Of a DNA stretch of 64,000 nucleotides, positions 40,287 through 52,000 are shown piece after piece. A model generated the notes under the pieces. That model worked only from the letters and a program-made list of their open reading frames with translations. It was not told the DNA's origin and made no database searches. The stretch is from Amphiscolops sp. MND2022 (Eukaryota): the NCBI GenBank assembly GCA_964187785.1, contig OZ076409.1, positions 25,794,001 through 25,858,000 of the forward strand, given 5' to 3'. The position numbers and the translations under genes were made by a program. How positions within the stretch are numbered: position 1 is the first letter of the stretch; every line of letters starts with the position of its first letter.

Positions 40287-40928
40287 AAATAAGCCGGGAA
40301 CGGCCCAAATCGGCGCCCCGCTGAAGTTCAAAAAATTTAATATGTGTTTATATTATGCAAAAGGACACTACAGTTAAAATTTCATCAATTTCCTGTGCCA
40401 AAAAATACCCGAAGGGATATGCACAAGACTCGGAAATCACCGTTTCCCCAACTGGAAACAGCAAAGATCCCATCTTGCTCACCCGAAAACCTCTCAAAAA
40501 ATAAAAAATTACAACAAGAAAATTCGATTTTTTCCAAACAATGTCTCCGGTAAGTTGCATAGTGACGAAAACCGGAAACCCTACGGAGGGGACCTTTGGG
40601 TTTTTTTAACCATTCTGTTGCAAAATATCTTTAAAAAATTGAAAGGAGATACCATCTGGGGATATTGAAAAATTTTCGAAAACAAGTCTCACTAAGCCGA
40701 AAAAAGGGGGAAGTCTCATAGCGTTGAAAAAAGTGGAAAGGGGGACCCTTCTGCTTTGGAATGGTTTTGTATTTCATGTTAGAGGCTTTGGGTGCGTTCA
40801 CAATAAACAACTAAGTTCTTATAGTAAAAGTGCATAATGCACTAAAAGTGGACCGATTGTGTTGAACTGACGAAAAAAACTAGCCTTTGTAAGAGTCGTG
40901 CTCTTTCTCCGAAAACACCGACTAAAAA
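40287..40928 (-). mobile_element. HINE-like repeat (diverged)
   Basis: aataagccgggaacggcccaaatcggcgcc...accgactaaaaa. Confidence 0.6.
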
Positions 40929-41148
40929 ACGAGTGACTGTGACAGTTGTGGTTTCTTGATCTAAAAGCGAAAAAACAGCAATTAAGCCGCCAATCATTCA
41001 AATAACCAGCCAGTTGACCTTCTTCACCATTAGTCACCGCAAAATGTGACATGCCCACAAAATATGAGGCTGTGTCTAAATTTTTGATATCTTTTTTGAG
41101 ATCCAATCAGCCCCTACAAATCAACTACAGAATGTTGTTTTTCTTCAG

Positions 41149-41391
41149 GTTTAATTGTGGGCGGTGTTTTGGGATGTGCTCTGAGAGTCTTGAATCTGGG
41201 CGATGATGTCATAGAAGTTATTCACTTCCCTGGGGAGCTTTTTGTGCGTGTGCTTCAGCTGATGCTGATACCCTCGATTACATGTAGCCTGGTGTCATCA
41301 CTTGGCACCCTGGATAGAAAACAGTTGAAGAAAATAGGGTCACTCACCCTCGGATATTACCTCTTCACTGCCATCTCAGCTGCTATAATAG
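41149..41391 (+). CDS. SLC1-family transporter, coding exon 2 (TM1-TM3)
   Basis: ttcttcag/gtcagt; LIVGGVLGCALR...IHFPGELFVRVLQLMLIPSITCSLVSSLGTLD...KIGSLTLGYYLFT matches the SLC1 signature FPGELLMRMLKMLILPLIISSL. Confidence 0.9.
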
Positions 41392-42012
41392 GTCAGTTAA
41401 ATCATTACGATACACGTACCGGTAAGCTGCATTTCAGTCAAGCAGCGTAATCTGTGTAATCCGTAAAATGGTCATTCAGCGTAAGTTAGTCAAGACGGTC
41501 TATGCTTCAACGGTGTAGCTGTGTCAACGCGCGTAATGGAAAATAGTGTAAGCTAGTCAAAACACGTAGTTAGTGAAAAGTGGAAGTTAGTCCAAAAATA
41601 CTCTTTTTCGTAAATCAGTCAAAACTTTGACTAACTTCCGCTTTTTGCAAATTGCAGATCGCTATACTTACAATAAGTGGAAGTTAGTCAAAGTTTTGAC
41701 TAACTTACACCATGTTTATATGCATTCAAAACTCAGTGTTCATTTTAATTCCAATTCATACCACAGCATCGTAAACCAGTCAAAGTAAACAATGATTCAA
41801 TAAATAATTAGTTATCATTACAAAGCTCTACCGTGCATAGTACGTATAAACTGCATTCAATGCAAGTTGCACACGTGAACACGTGTGTTTCATCCACGCA
41901 TTTACGTGCAAATAAAATACCTTGTAGCTTCTAATTAGTACAATTGATTGATCTGTCAACAGGTTTCCTATTTTAACAAAACATAATTAAAATCATCAGT
42001 TAAATCATCAGT

Positions 42013-42317
42013 TAAAATTTTATGATAAGATTCACGTTACGCCTTTTTACACTTTTAAATTTTCGCAATCGGGACAAAGTCTTTTTCCTGTGCCCTGTGA
42101 TATCAAAATCTCCGTCAATATTCCGTAGCCCAAAAGTTTTAGAGACCAGCATTGAGGATATTATGATAATATCCTCAATGCTGGTCTCTAAAACTTTTGG
42201 GCTACGGAATATTGACGGAGATTTTGATATCACAGGGCACAGAAAAAAGACTTTGTCCCGATTGCGAAAATTTAAAAGTGTAAAAAGGCGTAACGTGAAT
42301 CTTATCATAAAATTTTA
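42013..42317. repeat. Near-perfect 305-bp palindrome (152-bp arms, 1-nt centre)
   Basis: Centre at 42165; one arm mismatch seen; gives mirror ORFs on both strands. Confidence 0.95.
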
Positions 42318-42920
42318 TCGTAAAATTTTAATGTGACGAAAATCACAGAAGAAAAGTGTGTGTAAGATTTTTGGATTTTCCAGTAGCTTTAACTATTTGA
42401 TGAAAATAGCTCCACTACAACTCAATTAAACCCGTAGGAACCATGCACGAGACAAGGACTGGCTGAGTATTCACATAAATTTTTATTAATTCCGAAGAAG
42501 AGACGAATCAACTTAATCGAAGGCGGTGGGGGTAAGTATGACAAGGAAATCACCATCTTCAAAACTTAGTTATTTTACCGTCTTTCAGGTCTTTGTCTCG
42601 CTACTCTTGACCTGTTTTAATGTGTCTTTTCGCTGATGAAAAGAAACAGGTTGAACTTTAATTAATACGCAACAAATAAATAAGTCGATTTTTAGACACA
42701 AATACAATTTCACAACCACGGATAATAGAGTGAATAATATGACAACATCGATAATAACGGAGAATAGTACGGAGTATATTGGGAGGCATATAACACAAAA
42801 AAACAATAAACAAGGGTTTCAGCAAGGCTTAGTTTATGTATCCGTGAGGATGGGGGTGATATCGAACATATCGAAAGAACCAACTCGCCGCAAAATCTCA
42901 TCGGTCTTGGAGTGAAAACA

Positions 42921-43129
42921 AAATCCGTGTATTATCAGCCCACTTAGGCAAAACTGTGTATTATCAGCTCACTTAGGCAAAACCGTGTTTTATCAGCCCA
43001 CTTAGGCAAAATCGTGTATTATCATCAGCCCACTTAGACAAAGTCGTGTATTATCATCAGCCCACTTAGGCAAAACCGTGTCTTATCAGCCCACTTAGGC
43101 AAAACCGTGTATTATCAGCCCACTTAGGC
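42921..43129. repeat. Minisatellite, 7 x 29-32 bp (aaaaccgtgtattatcagcccacttaggc)
   Basis: Head-to-tail units with no spacers. Confidence 0.9.
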
Positions 43130-45086
43130 AATTATACATGTAATACGATGGACCAGCTGTCCATTTTACTCCCGGGTCGAAATCCGTACTAGGAGATGGC
43201 GGGGTAGCAATATATCAGGCTGCTTCAGGTTGTTAGGCTGAAGGCATGTGCTAACCGGCACATATGAAGTAAATCTGCAGTTTCGATAGTCCGGGGTCTG
43301 ATGCGGGATGCTATCGAACCTAAAGCAGCAAACCGTTTTCTAGATTTCAACTCACTTTGTGTGTCGCTAAAATGGCGCACACTTCGGTCAAAGTTACTTT
43401 TTCGGTAGTTTAGTTATATCATTATTCATATTTCATCATCTTTACTTTTTTGGGGGGCTGACTAACTGTTGAGCTTTTACAGTTGAGCTTTTACTAATAC
43501 AGTTTTTCCTACTTCGGTACTAAAAGTTCATCAGAAGTACTTTTCACACCACGACTCAGTCCTGGTTCCACGTTCTTGTCAATCATGACTAGTAGTTTTA
43601 CTTCGTTTTCAATAAAATTGAAGCGGAGTTGTTAATGACTCAATTTTTCCCACTTTTGTAAGCACGACTTGAACTACGGCTTACTGATTAATATTGCACT
43701 TTTTGTCAGGCCTGTTGTTTCCAAACGGCTCCTGACAACTCTCTCTAGCAAAATATGGCTGAAGGAAATAGTTTCCAACAATTTACAATGACCTAAAAGG
43801 CGATTTTAATTCATCGTAAAAAAGTCGATTTTCGTGTCCCAATTTTGAAGGTCAAAACCTAAGTGTTCCGATCGGGGGCGGCTAGAACCAAGTACACTAT
43901 TTGAACGTACAATTCAAACTTGCGACTTAGTCAACTTTCTATTTAAACTCCTTCATGATGAAAAACGCCCTTAAAGATTAGTGGTCAAAACTCACTTATC
44001 AACTTTTGCACAAATCTCAACTTTGGAGAGCTCGTACTCTGTCAATTCAAAAGATACAGCCTGGCGCCTATATACATCGCTAGCCCAAGCTCTTGGCAGT
44101 ATTTTGCACTTAAGTTGAGGTCTCTAGTTTGTTTCAACAAAGTTTGACAACGCTTTTTCTGAAAGGGGTCTTTTTTCGATTTTTGGTGACCTGACCTCCA
44201 ACTTTAGAGGTCAATATCTCATCACCTGGTCATTTTTCGGAAAAACGCTGTGCGCCAGTCCCTTGTGCATCTACCCTAAAATTTCAGCTCGATATTGCCC
44301 AAATGCGGGGGGTTCTCATTTTGGTAACTCGATTTCACTACTGACAACAAAAATAATCTACTTTCAACTCTTGGGGGTTTCTCGCTAGCGCGCCGCAGCA
44401 CTCGATTTAAGATTTCTTTCACTCATCCACTTCAACTCTCAAGTACACTTCAAAAGGGGCGGCTATTGTGCGCTTATACGTTGAGTCCTAAGCGAAAACA
44501 CGCGCAAAACGGCTATTTAGGCCAATTTAAGGCCCTTTTTAACGTTTGCTGGGCCAAATCTCAAAAACTACTGAATATTATTTGTTTTCCAATTACCACA
44601 AGATAGGAAATTCATTCAGTTTTAATTTAAGCCATATTTGAAAAGTTTCTGACAACTGTAGCGATCACAAGAAACTTTTAAGTGTAACTCCTTGTGGAAA
44701 GTCGTCAAAATTTTATGAAAACTTATTTTCAAAGCTTCCCCCAATATGTTCCCGTTAAAATCTCAACGTAAGCCCCCTTTTGATGGGCTGTCGAATGCTG
44801 AAAACCATTTGTTGATATCTTTCGTCATCTTAGAGATATCAGGTTTTGATTTTTAATTTCTATTAGAAGGAGGGATTAATTCATTGTGTGCGGCGGCCGT
44901 TTTCTTATTAGATAAGCGTACAGCCACTCACAGCGCGTTCTTAATTTCATTCCTATCGCTTTCTGACACGCTTTGGTGAGTTGCATTCATTGCTAATACC
45001 GCGCACTGTGAAGTTTCACTCTCGCATGCCCTCAATTACACGTATTAACATAGCGATTTGACTGTAATTCTGTACACTGTGAAAAA

Positions 45087-46119
45087 TGGCTTATTCTTCT
45101 AATTCTCGTTCTTTAAAGTACACTACTGATTACTCAACACCTAGTCAGGGTGTGGTTGAACGTATGAATGATATTTATAATGAAAATTTTTAAAATCAAT
45201 AATAACACTGTTTCCGACTTGACTATAATTCATGAACCTTGGCCGCGTTTTCCTACTATTTCCCTTGTTACCTTCAATTTAATCTCTACCCCACAGCCTT
45301 GCATTCTTGCCGGTGTGAATGCTCAGCCTAGAGGCGTTTTAAAGTAGCTTTTTGATGACTTTGATTTAAATTGGGCCGATTTTGAGAATGTTCCTGATCA
45401 TCCTTTGATTAATTTTACAAAAGGCCCGGATTATTCTGTAACTCGTGAATTTGGTAATTCTATGCAAGGATATGGATTTTGCAAATTGTCTTACGTCTTT
45501 TTCGTTTACTGATCAAATTGTAACCGGTTGTATAGGTTTATTAGTACGGGGCCCTTGGTTTTCGTATGCGCATATTGAAGTTGGAGGAGGTGCTTCTTAT
45601 GCACTTTTGCATACGGGAATTAAAGTATGGTGCGCCACTACTACGAATAGTTCTTCCAGCCTATTAGAAGGGTGCTGTAATATTGCCAATAGTTTCATCG
45701 ATTTCATCCAAAGGGGGCCGCGTGAAAAGGAGTCTAATTATTTAGGATTTACCATTCAACGGCTGGGGGATTTAAATTACATTCCTAATTTGCGACCTCA
45801 CACCGTACTCACCCTAGATACAGGTAAGCCAACTATTTTATTGGGGTGGGACGCTTCTACCATCGCTGATTCGACTATTATCAGGAGGACGTTGGACGAG
45901 TACATTGTGGGAGTACGACGTGGTACCTGGAGGAAAGTTCTACGGACTCAAGGCAGAGAGGAATTACGAAATTGGGTGTTTGCTCCAGTGGTGGGCCATG
46001 AAAAGAACAGTTACGCAAGCACTGGATTTATTGGGAGACTTATTTTCCGCATCCACTTACTAATTTATCTCTTTAACTCTTTTATTTTATTAGTGGATAT
46101 CACCCCCGGTTCGTTTTAG
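45087..46119 (+). pseudogene. Decayed, intronless JmjC-domain (2-oxoglutarate/Fe dioxygenase-like) ORF
   Basis: SYAHIEVGGGASYALLHTGIKVW and QRLGDLNYIPNLRPHTVLT resemble KDM2/KDM7 JmjC [21 protein letters not shown] and QGHTLFVPTGWIHAVLT (HxE...H triad); the upstream ATG frame is broken by stops. Confidence 0.68.
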
Positions 46120-46284
46120 TAAACCTTGCTGAGTAATAATTTAAATAAACTTCATTTAGACATATGTAAAAGATCAAAAATCCTACAGTGTGTCGCAATC
46201 GAAAATGGTGCTTGTCATTTTTTCGAGGTCAGTTTTGAATAATTGAAAAGCCAGTTTTTGGAATGTTTTGAATTAGTTGCAACT

Positions 46285-47916
46285 TGTCGCAACCCTACTA
46301 TTGCGCTGGACCCGTGGTGCAACAATGAAAAACAGAACAGCACGAAGAGAGGGTATAATCACACATTTCAAACTTCCTAAACTGTATGAATAAACAACTT
46401 GATGTCATGTATTTTCTTTAAATAATTTGGATATTTGTAAAGGCAAATAGCCAATTGGATGATGTCTTATCCCATTCATAATTTACATGAAACCATGGAA
46501 GGTACTATTTGCGGTGGTTCTAAGATGCTAATTTGTGTTATGCGTCACACCTCGTGTAGTATTACAATGAGACTACGTGCATGTGCATTTATCAATGTAA
46601 ACATTATGCTAAATTGTACGTTTATGAATACTATGAGTATGCGTCAATATACGCTTTCACGGCCACCAACCATACGTGATCATACGCATTTGTGTTTTCA
46701 GTATATGCGTCGTCATGCGTTATAGAATGAATTATTCAGAATGTGCTGTGTATTCTCCAATTATGCAATAACATGCGGTAATGAAGCAATGTACATACGT
46801 TAACATACGTTTTTGATTATACGTCATTATACACACTTCTGACAACCTTATGAGCGTTAGGATACACTTTTGCTGTTAAATACGTGTAATTGCGCATATG
46901 CTATAATGTACATCATTTAGCGTTTTCCATAACACCAATTGTGCGTTAATATACGTATAGGAGTATGATGCCTATGCGCAAACGTGCAGTTTCAGTGAAA
47001 ACCCTAGATTCAGCTTTTTGGACGTCATGTAACCTCGAATTTGTACTTTATAAATAGTCTTTACGTCATCTGACGCAATTCTATTTATATTTTGAATAGC
47101 AATGATGTGCTAGAAAAGGAGTGTCATGTAAAATATTTTTTCTTGGGTAGATAAAGAGTGAAGGGGAGAACACAACGAGAGTATCTCTCTACGAATGCAG
47201 TTGCATATTTCTCTTCCTAACTTCGCGACAGTTTCTTTGATCTATTTCCCGTTTGTCTCTTTGATTTGATTTAAAGTATAGACTTTGAATAAATTCAAAT
47301 TCTTCCCCAACAATCAAATTACCATTTTCACTCGAGCAGAATGGGAAACAAAAGAAGCAGGAGATCTAGAAGATTGAGAACTCTATCCCCTGATGGAAAC
47401 TTAAGCGAAACACAATTAGAAACTTCTACCCAAGGTAATGATACATTAACTAATATTGGATCCAACACACAAGGAACGTCATGCAACGATGAAATTAGAA
47501 CTCAACTGATAGAACCTAGTCAGATAAGCAATGAGATCCAAGCATGGACGAATAATTTTGAACAAAAGAATAATGATAGAATCATGAAAATGAGAGAAGA
47601 AATGGAGAACAAACTAGAAGCTATCTTAAAGGAAATAAAGTCTAATAAAAGCGCATCTAATCTTTGGCAACAAACTCAAGATCCGAAACGAATGATGTTC
47701 AAAGCATGCAACCATCAGGGTCCAGGTTAGGTCAGTCTAATGGGGTACACGCATCTTTTGATGAGAATTCAGAACCGGATGATGTAGATTATCCTCCCCA
47801 AACTTCTAAAATGAGAGACCTTAGGCATCCAGCTAAACCATTGTTTCGAAGCGAATCTGATGTAGATGTAACTATACATTCAGACGAGGAGTCTGACCTG
47901 GAGGAGGATTATCACA
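46285..47916 (+). repeat. 5' LTR
   Basis: tgtcgcaacc...gattatcaca; about 19 substitutions versus the 3' LTR by eye (about 99% identity). Confidence 0.95.
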
Positions 47917-49036
47917 TGGTGACAGGAGCCAATAGACAACTCCATAGACAAAGTTCGCAAAACTCTCAACCTTTAAACGATCACACTGGACCCCATGCAG
48001 AACAAACAACGTCAACACTGGCGGATAAACCCCTTGACCCAGTTAACCAAATCGCACTTGCAATTGAGAAATTAGCGAACAAAAACCCCCAACAATCACT
48101 CTTCCACCCGAAAAACACATTAACCTTCAACGGCAAAAACGAGAAAAATGAAAAATTTGAATATTTCGAAGTTCTGTTCCATACAACACTTCGAATGCAG
48201 CCAAACCTGACCGAGGACATGAAAATCAACCACTTTCACGCACACCTCAGAGGTTTAGCCCTAAAAACTTTCAAAAATATACAAAGAACACCAAATACAA
48301 CACTGGAAGACATCTTGAAAGTCTTTCGCAGAAAATATGTCAAACCGGAATCCAGTGCATCAGCAAAACACAGATTCAATAGACTTTTCTTTGACCCCGA
48401 AAACCAAAAACTACCGGACTTTCTAGAAGAACTCCAGGAGAGTGCCGAAAAGCGTTTGGCGACAACGCGCACCAAATGATAGAAAACCTACTCTACGCAA
48501 AAATGCCCCCTCACCTCAAAAAATCCATTAACCAAGCATATCTCGAGAATGGAACATACAACCAAATCGTAAAACACCTCGAGAGGGAGATGGAGTTAAA
48601 CGGTTTGGAGGCCGATGAAACTTCAGTCAAAACCCAAATGACTGTTACCAAAAAAGAGCAAAAATCTGAAAAACCAACCAAAAAGCAAAACGACAAACCC
48701 AAAACTCAAAACCCAAAAACAGTACCAAATAAGACACGTAAAGATGATCAGTGCCGTTATTGTAAGGAGACAGGCCACATGATGTCCGATTGTCCCAAAC
48801 TAGCAAAAAGACGTAAACTCGAAGAGGACCCGGATGCACAAAAATGTCAAAACTGTAATACACCAGGTCATGAAGAAGAAAACTGCTATTTCGGCGCCAA
48901 TATGGAAAACCGCCCACCAAAATGGAACCTCACAGATGCTCAAAAGAAAGCCATCGAAGCTTACAAACAAGCGCGAAAACCCATAAAACCAAAAATAGAA
49001 CGATCTCAACAATCCTCTTCCAAGGATTTAAACTAG
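47341..49036 (+). pseudogene. gag: gag (frameshifted near 47660 and 48450)
   Basis: ORF pieces 47341-47730, 47664-48479 and 48476-49036; two CCHC knuckles CRYCKETGHMMSDC and CQNCNTPGHEEENC. Confidence 0.88.
47917..47930 (+). promoter_or_regulatory. Putative primer-binding site
   Basis: TGGTGACAGGAGCC directly follows the terminal CA of the 5' LTR; cognate tRNA not established. Confidence 0.7.
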
Positions 49037-52000
49037 AAACGCCACGCCTTAACAACCAAAACGCCCAAATAAATACAAAACCACAAAACGACTGGCAACG
49101 TCAAGTGGAATCCATAAATATACAACTTAAACAACTGACTACAGAACCCGACGACATGCCTCAAACACTTACACACTCAGATAGTAATCAACTTACACAA
49201 GAATCCTACTACGACCTCATGAGAGATGCCCCCGACAAGTATTTCTCAGACCACATCCAAACCCCTCCTGCATGCACAGAAAACCCTCCAAAAATTCATC
49301 ACCTGAGCACCTTCTCTTGCAATGAACAAAAACAACCCCTTTTGGATGCAGATATCACAAACCACATCCAATTTGACCAGGAACGTAACCTGTCATACCT
49401 ACCTATGTCAACCTCGCTAACATTGAAACGAAAACGTCACATGTACTACATGCCAATGGACTTCGAAAAACTCACACTTGATGGACTCATCGACACAGGA
49501 GCCCTGACTAGTGCAATCTCCGAACAAGACCTTAACAAAATCAAATTAATTGCAAATGAAGCAATAAAAGATACTGGCCCACCGCCAAATTTCCAAATTA
49601 TGGTGGCCAATGGTCAACTAGAGGTACCAATCGGCACAGTACTACTCGAATTTGAAGTGGCTGATTTCATGTTACGCGAAAACTTCATCATCATGAAAAA
49701 CCTACCAAACCCACTCATTGGTCTCTGCTTTCTTCGCAGAAACAATGCAGTTTTTGATGTCACACAAGGCATCCTAACTTTTCCATACCTCTCATTGCAA
49801 TTAAAGCCAGATACGCAAACAACAATGCGTCAAGCAACGCCTTAATTTGCTGAAAAAACATACACGCTCCAACCAGGTGAAACCCTCGCTATAGTAAGCA
49901 GAATGCCCCACCTGTTAGACCATTTTGAAAGCCACGACAGCATTTTCATCACATCGTCACTTAGTACGGTCAACAATAATGCTATCGGGTACCAAATAAT
50001 CAACTTTTCAGAACTTCCATACACAATAGTTTGCGACACCCATTTAGCAGAATTCAAAATCCTCACACCGGAACAAATCAAACATATACAACCGGTAGAT
50101 CCAGCGATGTTGTCATTCATGATACAACATGAAGAAACCACTGAAATCTACATAAGTGAAATATTGAAAGTTCCTTCACAAAACACTGAACAAGAATCTT
50201 ATTGGTTCCCAACACCAGAAGATCCAGAAGATCCTACAACGTATACCCCAATCCAACAACGAATCTACAATGAACTCCTTGAGCTCAAAGAACTTGAACA
50301 ACTCAACCCACAAGACAATGACAAATCCAGAAAAAGTTTTTTTTTCGAATTTCGACTGGACCGACACCACGCTCAACCCAGAAGAACAGAAACAAATTGA
50401 AGAAATCCTCATTGAATTCCACGACATTTTCGCCAGACATCGATTCGACATTGGCACCAATCGTGAATTCAAGGTTAAGCTTACACCAAACGATGACCGA
50501 CCAGCATACAGTCAAAGTTTACCGACACCAATCAACCTTAAAGATGATATTACGGTAGAACTAGCACTTCTACACAAATATGGAATCATAACAACCCTAC
50601 TTTTCTCAAAATACGCTAGTCCAATCTTTGCACAACGCAAACCGAACGGACGCCTCAGATTACTAGTGGATATCAGGAAAATCAACAACCTAATCACCGA
50701 AGACTACATCAACAACAACCATCCGGTAAGCACTTCATCGGATGCCGCACAACATATGGCAGGCAAGAAACTTTTCTGCAAATTAGACTGCTCCCAAGCT
50801 TACCACTGCCTTCAAATGGCAGACTACCAATCTATTCAGATGCTTGCTTTCAACTTTGCAAGCCGAACCTTTGCTTACCGCCGACTCGCCCAAGGGCTTA
50901 GCAGATCTCTTTCGGCTTTCTCAAGCTTCATGAGGGAATACCTTGACAAGGCGATCAAGGCCGACCAATGTGCACAGTACGTTGATGACATTGGTATAGC
51001 AGCAAATGACTCACAACAGCTATGCGCCAACATAAAGACGGTTTTTGAATGCATTCGAAACGCTGGTCTAAAACTCACAATGTCCAAATGTCATTTCGGA
51101 GTCAAAAAAGTCGACTTTCTGGGCAGAACAATTACGCCTGAAGGCGTCGCTCCGCAAGCCGACAAAGTCAAAAATTTCTTATCAAAGTGGAGATTCCCCA
51201 AATCCAAAAAAGCACTCCAAAGGTATATAGGATTTTTAAACTATTACCGCAATTACATCCCGAGACTTTCTGAACGATTATCTCCGTTCTTTAAACTTCT
51301 CAAAGAAACCTCCAAATTCTATGTACCCACGAATCTGGTCGAAGACTTCACCAATCTGAACAAACTTCTTGAGAATTCTTGCAAATTAGCTCTAAAACAA
51401 CCTCTTAAAGAGAAACAACTCATAGTCATGTCTGATGCAAGCTTTACAGCAGCAGGATACGCCATCATGATAGAAGATGATCCCAGTCAAAAACTTCAGT
51501 CCAAACGCAAAACATATGCACCTATAGCATTTGGTTCTAAAACCTTCAACCCAACACAAACAAAATTATCGATCTATGCGAAAGAATTCCTTTCCATCTA
51601 CTTTGCTTTTGTCGAATTTGGACACCTCATGTGGGGCAGCACATTCCCAATCATAGTGTTCACGGACAACAGAGCGGTTACCCGTTTCTTTCAAGCAAAA
51701 CTCATTCCTCCAGCACTCTGGAATGCATGCGATTATGTCCTACAATACAATTTTGTCATTGCCCATGTTGCTGGTTCAATGAATACGGCGGCGGATTTCC
51801 TATCCAGAACGGAAGTCAACCCAGTTGAAAAACTTGAAATGAGCATAAGAAATGATATACAAACGAAAGCGATAGAAGTCAATATACAATCCTCAGGTAT
51901 CGTAGAAGAAGAACAATTTTATATCCTCCCCGACGATGAGTTTGATGAAAACAAACTTTGGGAGGAAAAACAAAATGTGAGAAATCAGGCTCAAACTGAA

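Noticed and set aside
42012..42336. Mirror-image ORFs on both strands
   Set aside because: A by-product of the palindrome; no protein motif.
42921..43129. CRISPR-like 29-32 bp repeats
   Set aside because: Units are head-to-tail with no unique spacers, there are no cas genes and the context is eukaryotic, so this is a minisatellite.
43354..46200. Transib/RSS-like CAC...GTG termini around the JmjC ORF
   Set aside because: Only 3-7 bp matches, no real inverted pair and no TSD found.
46459..46725. 88-aa ORF duplicated at 61250-61516
   Set aside because: It lies over the LTR dyad array; the duplication reflects LTR identity and there is no domain signal.
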